This document shows, one piece after another, positions 36,971 to 46,256 of a DNA stretch of 64,000 nucleotides. Within the stretch, counting starts at the first letter, position 1. Every line of letters starts with the position of its first letter. Source of the DNA: Acidilobaceae archaeon (GTDB lineage: Archaea > Thermoproteota > Thermoprotei_A > Sulfolobales > Acidilobaceae). The position numbers and the translations under genes are program-made. The notes under the pieces are model-generated. The model worked only from the letters and a program-made list of their open reading frames with translations, searched no databases and was not told the origin of the DNA. Where the stretch lies: contig JAWBBK010000005.1 of assembly GCA_038824665.1 (NCBI GenBank), positions 1-64,000 on the forward strand. The letters run 5' to 3'.

Positions 36971-38170
36971 GTGCTTAAGAGGTTTAGAATCTCGAAGGCT
37001 TTCGAACGGAGTCGTGGAGTGAGATTCAATGGTAACGTAGTGCTTCAAGACCTAAAGATCAAAAAGGAGCTGAAAGTCAAACTAGAGAGTTCTCTTAGCG
37101 AAGCCGAGATTAGAGAAGCTCTGCTAGATGGCCATGCTAAAAGAAGACCTAGACCCTGTGGGCTCACTATACACACCTCTACAGGATGTAGTTATGGATG
37201 TCTCTACTGCTACATATTCGATATGGGGTTCTCACAAAGACCTGAACCATATAAGCTATCGAGTTCGCAACTGGTATATGCTCTAATCAGTAACGAGAGC
37301 TTCGTAGTCGGTCGTCACGGCACTCTCTTAGCCTTTGGGAGCGTAACCGAGCCCTTCATGCCTATAGCTAAGAGGAAGACTATGGAGTACTTGAAGGCTA
37401 CGAGCTCTCATTTAGGTAATCCACAACAGATCTCGGTTAAAGGAGTGCTAGAACCTCAAGAACTAGAAGACTTTACAGCTAGCGCCGAAACAGACATAGA
37501 TGTCCTGATCTCGCTCACTACTTTTAATAAAGCGAAACAACTAGAGCCTAGAGCTCCTTCGCCTACCGCTAGACTCGACTTCGCTATGGAGCTAATCAAA
37601 AGAAAAGTCAGCGTAGCTCTTTTCGTGAGACCTATATTGCCTAGCGTCACTGACCGCGAGTTCGACTTGATTCTAGAAGGAGCCGAAAAGAGAGGAGTTA
37701 AGAGATTAGTTCTTGGAACTTTGAGACTCACGAAACTCATTCTCAAAAGACTAGAGACCTCAAGAGCTATAGACATAGAAGAGCTTAGAAGCAGAACGCC
37801 ATTAGGCTTTGAGAAGTCGCAAAAACAAATAGCTCTTAGAGCGTCAGATATCAAGAAGCGTCTGCAAGCAGAAGCCAACTCTCGAGGCTTCAAAGTCTAC
37901 CCAGCTGCTTGTGCTTCAAGCATAGACGCCCATAAGCTGTACTGTAGATTATGTGGAATGGGACCTTGTGGAGAAAAAAGCGAAGCTGTGAAAGTTGATG
38001 AAGAAGGGATCAAAGACGCTGCTGAGACGTTAAGAGCTAACGTAGCTGTCAACGTCTGTAATGACGTTATTGATATAATCTGTCTGAGCAACTGGAAGGC
38101 CTGCGATAAACTAAAGCTGTATATAGAAACGGTAGCGAAGGTCAGAACTAGAGTCAGAAGACAGGAATGA
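36971..38170 (+). CDS. radical SAM protein (SplB-like archaeal family)
   Basis: GCSYGCLYCY, FGSVTEPF, EPRAPSP..R, RPILP. Confidence 0.85.
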   Translation: MLKRFRISKAFERSRGVRFNGNVVLQDLKIKKELKVKLESSLSEAEIREALLDGHAKRRPRPCGLTIHTSTGCSYGCLYCYIFDMGFSQRPEPYKLSSSQLVYALISNESFVVGRHGTLLAFGSVTEPFMPIAKRKTMEYLKATSSHLGNPQQISVKGVLEPQELEDFTASAETDIDVLISLTTFNKAKQLEPRAPSPTARLDFAMELIKRKVSVALFVRPILPSVTDREFDLILEGAEKRGVKRLVLGTLRLTKLILKRLETSRAIDIEELRSRTPLGFEKSQKQIALRASDIKKRLQAEANSRGFKVYPAACASSIDAHKLYCRLCGMGPCGEKSEAVKVDEEGIKDAAETLRANVAVNVCNDVIDIICLSNWKACDKLKLYIETVAKVRTRVRRQE

Positions 38171-38180
38171 GGGAAGAGCT

Positions 38181-39056
38181 TTGAACAACGACAAACAAGT
38201 GCAGGATTTGAGCCCTTCAGTCAGGATCTCTCTTGAAAGGATAGGCTTCAAGGAGCTCAAGAGAAGAGTTAAGCTAGAGACTCCTATAGGGCTTTTGCAA
38301 CTAGACTTAACCTTAGACCTCTATATAAGCATATCTAAAGATAGAAGAGGAGCTCATCTCTCTAGAACTGCTGAAACAGCTTTAGAGGTTCTAGAGACTT
38401 CCTTCATAGCGAAAAGTGTTGAGGAACATTTAGAACTGTTGGCGCGCCATCTTCTCAAAAAGCACGAATATGCTGAACAGGTCGAGGTGAAGGCTACCTT
38501 TACGTATTACGTAGAAGTAGAGTACGGAAAGCTGAAGGGAACTGAGCCTGTAGTAGCTGAAGTAGAGATAAGCTTAGATAGAAACGGGAGGAAGAGATGG
38601 AGTGTAGCCGTTACCGTCGTTGGGCTTACAGCTTGTCCTTCTGCACAACAAGCGATAGCGACTCTTTTAAAACGAGAACCTCACGAAGTTCCTACTCATA
38701 TGCAGAAGGTTCTAGTAAAAGGAAAAGTGAGCGGAGAAGAAGGCTTTGTCAGAATCGAAAGACTTGCGAGAGCTCTTCATAAGAGTCTATCGGCTCCAGC
38801 ATTCACTTTGCTTAAAAGAGCTGATGAAGCCGAGCTGATATTGAGAGCGATCTCCAACGCTAAACTTCTCGAAGACGTTGTGAGAGACTCTATAGCTAAC
38901 ATAGCTTTAGAATTCAAAGACCTTTCGCTCGATACGCTGATCGAAGTAGAAGCGGAAAGCTTTGAAAGTATTCACCCCCATAACCTTTATGCTTATAAAA
39001 GAGTCGCTCTCAAAGAAGCTCTTGAAGCTCTAGCCTTTTCGGAAAGTCAAGGCTGA
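38181..39056 (+). CDS. mptA: GTP cyclohydrolase, FolE2/MptA family
   Basis: RGAHLSR, TACPSA, THMQ, LLKRADE, ESIHPHN. Confidence 0.88.
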   Translation: MNNDKQVQDLSPSVRISLERIGFKELKRRVKLETPIGLLQLDLTLDLYISISKDRRGAHLSRTAETALEVLETSFIAKSVEEHLELLARHLLKKHEYAEQVEVKATFTYYVEVEYGKLKGTEPVVAEVEISLDRNGRKRWSVAVTVVGLTACPSAQQAIATLLKREPHEVPTHMQKVLVKGKVSGEEGFVRIERLARALHKSLSAPAFTLLKRADEAELILRAISNAKLLEDVVRDSIANIALEFKDLSLDTLIEVEAESFESIHPHNLYAYKRVALKEALEALAFSESQG

Positions 39057-39113
39057 GTTAAAGCTTAAGTTTAAACTTAATTACCCTCAATCAGAACACC
39101 TCTAAAATAGGAT

Positions 39114-39214
39114 GGGCCCGTAGCTCAGCCAGGCAGAGCGGCGGACTCACGCCGAGCGCGAGGCCGGAGCTCCAGACCCGTAGGTCGGGGGTTCGAATCC
39201 CTCCGGGCCCACCA
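39114..39214 (+). tRNA. tRNA-Trp(CCA) with a 24-nt intron (39145-39168) at position 30/31
   Basis: Splicing restores GCGGG CT CCA GA CCCGT. Perfect BHB: GAG/CTC, CGGC/GCCG, bulges GG^A and GA^G. CCA is encoded. Confidence 0.92.
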
Positions 39215-39252
39215 CACCCCTCAAAGGGCTCCTCTTTAACGTTTTTGAAAAA

Positions 39253-39307
39253 CGTCAGCCGGGGATAACTTCTTCACTGAGATCAGCTTTAGCGCACCAC
39301 ATCATTC
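39253..39307 (-). ncRNA. box C/D methylation-guide sRNA
   Basis: C ATGATGT, guide GGTGCGCTAAAG, D' CTGA, C' GTGAAGA, guide AGTTATCCCCGG, D CTGA. Confidence 0.78.
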
Positions 39308-39333
39308 ACAAAACACACTGAACCTTGAAGTAT

Positions 39334-39666
39334 TTATTCTTGGAACCTAACTTTGACTATCTGAGCGTATTCAAGAGAGCCTACTTTAAGTATTGCGTCT
39401 TCATGCACGTATCCGGATTCCACGCCTAATCTCACAGCTCTCTTACCGACCAATATGATCACCTCAGCTTCTTCTATGACTCTCAACGCCTCTGATTCTT
39501 CCACGATCTCTCCTTTGTAGAAAGACTCGTTTACATCTATTATCAAGCCTTTCTCTTCATCTCTCTCAACAAGACCTAACGCGTCCTCATCTACTATAGA
39601 TGCCATCAGCTCTCCTAACGGTAGCGTGTACATTTTTAAATGAAACCTAGCGCTACCTTCTCTCAA
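39334..39666 (-). CDS. DUF424-family protein
   Basis: VNESFYKG, LVGKRAV..G...GYVHE. Confidence 0.8.
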   Translation of the reverse strand: MREGSARFHLKMYTLPLGELMASIVDEDALGLVERDEEKGLIIDVNESFYKGEIVEESEALRVIEEAEVIILVGKRAVRLGVESGYVHEDAILKVGSLEYAQIVKVRFQE

Positions 39667-39748
39667 AGTCGTAACCCTTTACAACATCAAGCATGAAGCT
39701 TAATATTTATGAGTTCACGATAGCTTCCTAAGGCAGAGGCGGTCTGCT

Positions 39749-40732
39749 TTGGCTTCTCTGCTTATAGGGATCTACGGCTTTGGCTCTATAGGAAGACTTA
39801 TAGCAAAAGAAGCCGTTTACAGAGGATTTGAGATCGTTGGGATCGTAGATATAGATCCAGCCATAGTTGGGAAGACCGCTGGTGAATTGCTAGGAGTTAA
39901 AGACGTTTCCGTCAAGGTTTCTAACGACATCTCGACTTTGAGAGGAGCTGAAGTAATCATTCACGCTACAGGGTCTTATTTAGACAAAGTGTACGATCAG
40001 TTAGCCGCTAGCTTGAAGCTTGGAGCAGATGTGATATCGACTTGTGAGACCTTAGCTTATCCCTGGTTTAGATATCCTGTGTTAGCGAGAAAGCTTGATG
40101 AAATAGCCGTGAAAAACGGCGTCGCTATCTTGGGCACAGGGATCAATCCAGGTTTTCTTTTAGACGCTCTGGTTGTAACCCTTTCTGCCTCTGTATCTGG
40201 GGTTAAGAAAGTCGTAGCCAAGAGAAGTGTAGACGCTACTTCAAGAAGAGAGCCTTTTAGAAAAAAGATAGGTGTAGGACTTACTTTAGAAGAGGCTTTG
40301 ACAGGCTTGAGATCAGGAACTCTCACAGGTCATGTAGGATACGCTGAATCCGCTATGCTGATAGCGGACGCATTAGGAGTTCAGCCTTCTCGAGTAGTAG
40401 AGTCGCAAGAGCCTGTGATAGCTGAAACTTACGTAGAGTCTAAAGGAATAAGAGTAGAAGCGGGAAAAGTGAAAGGCGTTAGAGGAAGCGGTATAGCTTA
40501 CAGAGCCGATGGAGAAGAGATGGTTAGAGTAGAGTTCGAGGCCTACGTCGGAGCTTCTGACTATGAGGAGATAACTATTGAAGGAAGAGAACACAAAGTA
40601 GTTTGGAAGAGCAGTGGAACTCCTGGCGATGCTGGAACAGCTACTGTAGTCTTAAGCATAGCTGAAAAACTGAGATCCTACGGTCCAGGGCTTCTAACTA
40701 TAATCGACCTGCTTCCGTTTAGGCCTCGCTAG
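39749..40732 (+). CDS. DapB-like / 2,4-diaminopentanoate dehydrogenase-family NAD(P) oxidoreductase
   Basis: YGFGSIG, STCE.L.YP, GTGINPGF, GHVG, GDAGT. Confidence 0.82.
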   Translation: MASLLIGIYGFGSIGRLIAKEAVYRGFEIVGIVDIDPAIVGKTAGELLGVKDVSVKVSNDISTLRGAEVIIHATGSYLDKVYDQLAASLKLGADVISTCETLAYPWFRYPVLARKLDEIAVKNGVAILGTGINPGFLLDALVVTLSASVSGVKKVVAKRSVDATSRREPFRKKIGVGLTLEEALTGLRSGTLTGHVGYAESAMLIADALGVQPSRVVESQEPVIAETYVESKGIRVEAGKVKGVRGSGIAYRADGEEMVRVEFEAYVGASDYEEITIEGREHKVVWKSSGTPGDAGTATVVLSIAEKLRSYGPGLLTIIDLLPFRPR

Positions 40733-40916
40733 CCTTTTTGTTCTCCTCTTTTCCTACAGATCTCTCAGTCTGCTCTTCTGAAACGGACTTTCTGAACTCT
40801 TTAACCGATTGTCCTAAAGCTCTAGCTAGCTCTGGCAACTTGGAAGCTCCAAATATGAGAACGAGTATAAGCAAGATCACTAAAAGCTCGGGTAGACCTA
40901 AAGACCCTATAGGCAT
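40719..40916 (-). CDS. tatA: twin-arginine translocase TatA
   Basis: GLPELL...IFGASKLPELARALG..VKEFRK. Confidence 0.93.
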   Translation of the reverse strand: MPIGSLGLPELLVILLILVLIFGASKLPELARALGQSVKEFRKSVSEEQTERSVGKEENKKASEA

Positions 40917-40967
40917 AGAGCGTCCCCTAGCACTTCCTGAGCTTCCGAGACTTAATAATTTGGGGGT

Positions 40968-41432
40968 TTAACTTAGATTGAGATGAGACCCTAGGTCTAA
41001 TAATACCTCATACGACCGCTTTGGATCCTTCAAAGTCTCAAGAGATACAGAAAGAGAGGGAGGCTGAAAACACAGAGAGTGTTTGCTCGTTTTGGGTGGC
41101 ATAAGACATCCCTCTAGTCCCGCCCTTCTCACATCGTTTTTAGTTACAGCTACCCCTTCTCTCCAAGAGGAGATCTTCACGCAATCGCTATCGTAATCTA
41201 CGAGAAGCGCTGGCACTAAAGAACAACCCAAAAGTCTTAGAGCCTCTACTCTATGATGTCCATCAAGAACAATTAAGGTCTTAACGTCAATCAACACCGT
41301 TGAGCGGATTTCTCCTGAACTCTTTAAGAGCGAGACTAATTCCAACACTTTTTCTCGTTCTGTTTCTTCATGTGGTCTGAGCAACTCTATGGGAACTAGA
41401 ACAACCCTCCAAGCCTTCAGCTCAGAACTCAA
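40968..41432 (-). CDS. stand-alone ParB/Srx-domain protein
   Basis: LRPHEE, VLDGHHR, PPKTSKH. Confidence 0.8.
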   Translation of the reverse strand: MSSELKAWRVVLVPIELLRPHEETEREKVLELVSLLKSSGEIRSTVLIDVKTLIVLDGHHRVEALRLLGCSLVPALLVDYDSDCVKISSWREGVAVTKNDVRRAGLEGCLMPPKTSKHSLCFQPPSLSVSLETLKDPKRSYEVLLDLGSHLNLS

Positions 41433-41479
41433 GTCTTGATCACCGATAAGCGGCTTTGTAAGTCCTTGTTTTAAAGACC

Positions 41480-42535
41480 TTATCTGCTCTCAGCGCCTAT
41501 TTTAGACATCTCGGCTAAGTACTTCGTTTTGAGTTGTACGAACTCTCTTACGGAGTTCACATCTATCACTATCTCAGCTATATCCAATAGGTAGCTCGTT
41601 ATCCTATGCAGGTCTAGCAACACAGAGTGTTTATCGGTGTTGCTCTCTTCAATCAAGTACTTTTCGAGTTTTTTCTTTATGTTTTCGCTAAGCGAAGCTA
41701 CAGACTTCGCTTGTCTAACGTCTAGCTTGAGAAGAGCGTTAAGCATATCTCTCTCAGCTCTTGCTGTATCCTCCATGAGGAGTAGAGCGTCGTTAGCTAG
41801 CTTTTCACCATGTGAATAAAGTTTGACTAAAGCGCAAGAGGCAGAGCAGATGTGATCTGAGATCCTTTCAAGAGTCTTGACTGCATGATAGAAGTGAAGA
41901 ACTTCTGCATATGACTTCAAGCCAGCTTCAGCTAAAGAAGCTTCGCCTGAAAGCGTTTTAGATAGAATCTTCGCTACCATAAAGTAGATCTTGTCTACTA
42001 CGCTGTCTCTTTTGTAGATCTCTTTCAGCTTCTCTACGTTTTCTTTCTTAGCGTTCTCTACAAGGTCTTCTGTCATCTCCAATATGTTTTTTACCATCAA
42101 CGTCATCAAACGACTTAGCTGATCAGGTCTCGAACTCGAAGCTATAGAAAATACAATCATGCTTGGCTTTTCTGCAACAACCATAAGGTCTGCAAGCCTT
42201 TCTTTACATTCTTCGATTAGCCTTTTAGGAAGCTCTAGCTCAGACTCTCCGTAAAAAACTACGATCGAATCGTAGCCAGCTCTGTAAGCTGAAACCACTT
42301 CTCTTATGATCTCGTCTAGGTTTAGACCTCTGGCGTCAACTACTTTCACCATCCCTCTCGTCTCTTCTGCTGATCTCTCAGCCGATACGAGAAGACTGCC
42401 GTCAGGCATCTCCTCTAGATATACATGAGACCCTCTAGAGAGCCCAACTCTCTTAACCCAGCTTTTAGGCAGAGAAACTATGAATGTAGACTTGCCGACT
42501 ACTTGTACTTTTCTTTTAACCGCTCTGAACTTGAG
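41480..42535 (-). CDS. AbrB + PhoU-domain phosphate uptake regulator; extends 5' of the ORF track, no canonical start found
   Basis: In-frame RKVQVVGKSTFIVSLPKSW upstream of ATG 42409; ERISDH PhoU motif. Confidence 0.82.
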   Translation of the reverse strand, partial: LKFRAVKRKVQVVGKSTFIVSLPKSWVKRVGLSRGSHVYLEEMPDGSLLVSAERSAEETRGMVKVVDARGLNLDEIIREVVSAYRAGYDSIVVFYGESELELPKRLIEECKERLADLMVVAEKPSMIVFSIASSSRPDQLSRLMTLMVKNILEMTEDLVENAKKENVEKLKEIYKRDSVVDKIYFMVAKILSKTLSGEASLAEAGLKSYAEVLHFYHAVKTLERISDHICSASCALVKLYSHGEKLANDALLLMEDTARAERDMLNALLKLDVRQAKSVASLSENIKKKLEKYLIEESNTDKHSVLLDLHRITSYLLDIAEIVIDVNSVREFVQLKTKYLAEMSKIGAESR

Positions 42536-42594
42536 CCACCTCTAACCTATAGTTGAGTTCAACCCTAAAACCGTAGAGCAAAGACTTCGTTACG

Positions 42595-42876
42595 TTAGCG
42601 CAGTATGCGGAAATCTTTGAACTCTCCTGACGGTTCTGAGAACTTTACGTTAAGCTCTTCAACTTTTGCAAGCGGAGGTCCTCTAAGACACCAACACACG
42701 AGCTTTTCAACTCGTTCTCTTTCGCCTTCTACTACAGCCTCGACAGTAACGCCGTCTGGCAGATTTCTAACCCATCCTTTGAGGTCTAAGCTGTTCGCAA
42801 GTTCTTTCATATGAGCTCTGAAGTAGACTCCTTGAACAAGTCCTCTAACTATAATATGAGCTCTAACGGCTGTCAA
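42595..42876 (-). CDS. acyP: acylphosphatase
   Basis: GLVQGVYFR, GWVRNLPDG, GPPLAKV. Confidence 0.95.
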   Translation of the reverse strand: MTAVRAHIIVRGLVQGVYFRAHMKELANSLDLKGWVRNLPDGVTVEAVVEGERERVEKLVCWCLRGPPLAKVEELNVKFSEPSGEFKDFRILR

Positions 42877-43017
42877 GAGGAATCGCCTCTTAGGACTTTA
42901 AGTCGAAAGCTTAAAAGAGACGTCTAGTTGACTACTCGACTTTCATAATGAGACCTTTAAGAGACATAATGTATTTTTAAACTTAGGAATTGAAACACGT
43001 TTATCTAGGCGATAGTA

Positions 43018-43752
43018 GTGTATAACTGCTCTAAAGAGGTCGTAGTTGTAGAGAACTTAACCAAACGATTTGGAGAAGTAGTAGCTGTAGCTGGCATCTC
43101 TTTCAAAGTCTATAGCGGAGAGATCTTTTGTATAGTCGGTCCTAACGGATCTGGAAAGACCACAACTCTTAGAACGATAGTAGGGCTTCTCAAACCTGAA
43201 GGAGGTTTTGTAAAAGTTCTTGGACACGACAGCTCTAACCTAAGCCTCGAGGTGAAAAGAAAAATAGCGTACGTGCCTGAAGACGCTGGCGTTCCTAAGG
43301 GGTTAACGGGAGTTGAGTATCTAGAGTTCGTCGCAGAGATCTACGGAGCTGGAGAAGAAGCAGTTAAGAAAGGCATACAGCTCTCTGGGCTAGGTGAAGC
43401 TATTTGGAAAAGAGTAGAAGAGTACAGCAAAGGAATGAAGAGAAGGCTCTTGATCGCTAGCGCGCTTGCTGTCGAGCCCGAACTCTTAGTTCTCGATGAA
43501 CCTACTGCAGGACTTGACGTATCTTACTCTATAGCCATAAGGGATGCTATAGTCTCTTATGTAAAGTCTAAAGGTGCTGCCGCTATAATTTCAAGTCACA
43601 ACATGCTAGAAGTCGAACATCTCTGCGATAGAGTTGTTTTGCTTAACCGTGGAGCTATAGTTGAAGAAGGTTCTCCAAAAGACATCATAGCGAGACACAG
43701 AGCTAGAAACCTTGAAGAAGTCTTCGTGAAAGTTATAGGTGAGAGAGCTTGA
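43018..43752 (+). CDS. ABC exporter ATP-binding subunit (NatA-like)
   Basis: GPNGSGKTT, YSKGM, LDEPT, SSH. Confidence 0.93.
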   Translation: MYNCSKEVVVVENLTKRFGEVVAVAGISFKVYSGEIFCIVGPNGSGKTTTLRTIVGLLKPEGGFVKVLGHDSSNLSLEVKRKIAYVPEDAGVPKGLTGVEYLEFVAEIYGAGEEAVKKGIQLSGLGEAIWKRVEEYSKGMKRRLLIASALAVEPELLVLDEPTAGLDVSYSIAIRDAIVSYVKSKGAAAIISSHNMLEVEHLCDRVVLLNRGAIVEEGSPKDIIARHRARNLEEVFVKVIGERA

Positions 43753-45038
43753 GTTCTCTAAGAGCTGTATTCGTCAAAGAAGTCAAAAGCCTGCTGAGAG
43801 ATCGCTACGTATTGTTCAGCGTGATCTTAGCTCCTTTCTTAGCGCTTATGGTCATAGGCCTCATAGCCATCTTAGCTTTTCAAGGAATGGCTCAACAAAT
43901 AGAGGAGCTAGAGAGCAGAGGACTACCTAAAGATACCTTTGTTTGTCTAGAAGACCAACACGACGAGCTGGCTTTAAAGCTAGTCTATTTCTTAAACGCT
44001 GAGGTTGTTGATTGCGACACAGCTAATTACAGAGCTCTGATAATCGTTCACAAAGGCTTTGGTGAAGCTCTTCGATCTGGAGCTCCAGGCTTAGCGACTA
44101 TAAGGATAGCTGTAGACAATCCTCTCAGCATAGTCTCGATGACACTAATGAGTAGAGTAGACCAAGAGGTCAAATTAGCTACTACAAAACTTATTTCAGA
44201 CCTCTACGGCATTAACGCAACGTTTTTGAAGAGTCCTGTTATAACCGTCTTAGAAATGCGGCTTCACGATAAGACGCTCGTAGAGAGCTCTCAGCTAGCT
44301 TTATCGTACATCTATCTTGGAGCGCTCATAGCAGTTCTAGCTCTCGCTACGACATCAATACAAGTAGGAGCTCTAGGCGTAGGCATAGAGAGAGAAGCTA
44401 AAACAATAGAAAGCCTGTTAGTAATGCCTTTACCTCTTTGGAAAGTCGTAGTAGGCAAGACTGGAGGAGCCGCTATCGTTAGCGTTCTTTCGCTAATAAG
44501 CCTTATATGCGGTCTCTTCGTATACCTTTACGGCGTGTCTCGAGCCTTTCCTGCTGTGCTCGCTGGTGAGACCGTTAGCATAAACGAACTGATCTCTACA
44601 AGCTTAGAACAACTAGGAGTAGGCGCTGTCAATCTAGCTTTAGCTCTAGCGTCTTTAGCTTTGATAGTAGTTCTGAGTTCTCTCATAGGAGTAGTGTTAG
44701 GAGCGTTCTTCGCTGGCGACGTTAGAGGAGCTCTGACCACAGGATCTTATGCAGGAATAGCTATGGTTGCTCCTCTTTTCCCAATAGTTTTAGGCTATGA
44801 ACCTCAACCTTTAACTGAAGCGTTATTCGCTCTGTCTCCTGTCTATCTTCCTGCTCGAGCTATGATTTTGTTCCTCAGCGGGTCTTTGTTTGAAGCTCTT
44901 CCTTATATGCTCTTCAGCTTTGCCCATATACCTATAGCTATAGCTTTAGTTTCTTTCGCTTTCAGACCTGCTGTAATAGTGAGCGGAGTTAAAGGACTCA
45001 TATCTGAACTCAGGATTTACAAAAAGATGAAAAAGTAA
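43749..45038 (+). CDS. ABC exporter permease (NatB-like)
   Basis: KEVKSLLRD, EREAKTIESLL, multiple TMs. Confidence 0.85.
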   Translation: MSSLRAVFVKEVKSLLRDRYVLFSVILAPFLALMVIGLIAILAFQGMAQQIEELESRGLPKDTFVCLEDQHDELALKLVYFLNAEVVDCDTANYRALIIVHKGFGEALRSGAPGLATIRIAVDNPLSIVSMTLMSRVDQEVKLATTKLISDLYGINATFLKSPVITVLEMRLHDKTLVESSQLALSYIYLGALIAVLALATTSIQVGALGVGIEREAKTIESLLVMPLPLWKVVVGKTGGAAIVSVLSLISLICGLFVYLYGVSRAFPAVLAGETVSINELISTSLEQLGVGAVNLALALASLALIVVLSSLIGVVLGAFFAGDVRGALTTGSYAGIAMVAPLFPIVLGYEPQPLTEALFALSPVYLPARAMILFLSGSLFEALPYMLFSFAHIPIAIALVSFAFRPAVIVSGVKGLISELRIYKKMKK

Positions 45039-45055
45039 AGAGGTTCAAAAAAGAC

Positions 45056-45343
45056 TTAATCGGTCTTTCTTCTTTTAACCGCTCTATCGAATATTATCCA
45101 GTTTCTATACCATTCTTCATTTTCTTTTCTTAAGAGGTCTAAGATCATTCTAGCGAGCTCTTTCGCCTCTACAGTGTTGACTCCTGATTCGAGTATTCTA
45201 GCCTCTACGATCTTAGCTATCTTTCTAGCCACATCAGGTGGAGCTCCAGCCTTAATACAACTAACTACGATCTTCTCAGGAATGAACTCTTCTTGTCTTC
45301 CATCTCGTTTGAGAACGGTGATCTTGGTCACGTTCTCAACCAC
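45056..45343 (-). CDS. stand-alone ATP-cone domain protein
   Basis: VLKRDGRQEEFIPEKI. Confidence 0.85.
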   Translation of the reverse strand: MVENVTKITVLKRDGRQEEFIPEKIVVSCIKAGAPPDVARKIAKIVEARILESGVNTVEAKELARMILDLLRKENEEWYRNWIIFDRAVKRRKTD

Positions 45344-45408
45344 TTAGATCTCGTTGCTTCTAGAGCTTAATAGCTTCTTCTAAATATGAATCAAGACTAG
45401 GGGCTTCT

Positions 45409-46185
45409 GTGGGCTGTTTCGGTTTAGCCACAGCGTCTAGCAGAGGAGTTGGAAGAGCTCTAGCTGAAGCTCAAGCCTCTTTGTCATGTTCTCTCGTGAT
45501 ATCCTCAAGAGATCTAGAAGAACTCCAAAAGACTGCAGAAGAGATCTCGAAAACCTACGGAGTTGAGGTCTTTCCAATAAGATGTGATTTAAGAAACAAA
45601 AAAGACGTAGATGAGCTGATGAGAAAAGCCTTAAAGCTTTTCGGAAGACTCGATTACGTAACGTTAAGCTATGGCAATCCTTCTCGAGAACCTCTTTATT
45701 TACATCAAGCTGAATGGGAGGACTGGATTGAAGCTTCTAATCTCTACTTAGCGAGCACTGCTTTCATAATTAGAAGGCTTGTAGAGTTCAACCCTTCTAA
45801 AGCTTTAGTTCTAGCTGTAACCAGCTTTAGCGTAGCTGAGCCTATGAGTCCTCTCATAGTATCGGATACTGTAAGAGCTGGACTTTCGAGACTCTTAAAA
45901 ATAGCGGCTAGAAGCTATCCAGACAAGCTGAGAACGGTGTTGTTAGTCTTAGGTAGTTTCGACACTCCTGGAGCTAGAAGAACTATTGAGGAGATCGCTC
46001 GTATAAAAGGAGAAGACCCGCTAGAGCTTTGGAGAAGAGAAGTAGAGCTGAGAAGCCCTTTGAGAAGAGCTGGCACGCTTGACGAACTTAGAGATTTCGT
46101 CAGCAAGCTTCTTACATCACCAGAATACTTAACGGGATCTATCGTTTTGTTTGATGGAGCTTCTTCTAGAACGGTCTGGCCTTAG
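45409..46185 (+). CDS. short-chain dehydrogenase/reductase
   Basis: TASSRGVG, SDTVRAGL, PLRRAG, YLTG...FDG. Confidence 0.88.
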   Translation: MGCFGLATASSRGVGRALAEAQASLSCSLVISSRDLEELQKTAEEISKTYGVEVFPIRCDLRNKKDVDELMRKALKLFGRLDYVTLSYGNPSREPLYLHQAEWEDWIEASNLYLASTAFIIRRLVEFNPSKALVLAVTSFSVAEPMSPLIVSDTVRAGLSRLLKIAARSYPDKLRTVLLVLGSFDTPGARRTIEEIARIKGEDPLELWRREVELRSPLRRAGTLDELRDFVSKLLTSPEYLTGSIVLFDGASSRTVWP

Positions 46186-46205
46186 AGAAGCCTTCTGTCT
46201 TCGTT

Positions 46206-46227
46206 TATATATGCTTAAGCATATATA
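46206..46227. promoter_or_regulatory. 22-bp perfect palindrome over the alba promoter
   Basis: TATATATGCTTAAGCATATATA. Confidence 0.55.
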
Positions 46228-46256
46228 TGCTCTACGCTTTGCTGTTATCGTTTTAG

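Noticed and set aside
36971-38170. Assignment as QueE or RaSEA to complete a deazaguanine pathway
   Set aside because: Motif context (GSVTEPF, EP.AP...R, RPILP) looks SplB-like; I cannot support either name.
39141-39151. tRNA-Val(CAC) reading
   Set aside because: Leaves an A-C mismatch in the anticodon stem and no BHB; the Trp 30/31 splice fits perfectly.
42980-42996. TTAGGAATTGAAAC resembling a CRISPR repeat end
   Set aside because: One copy only, inside an ABC gene promoter.
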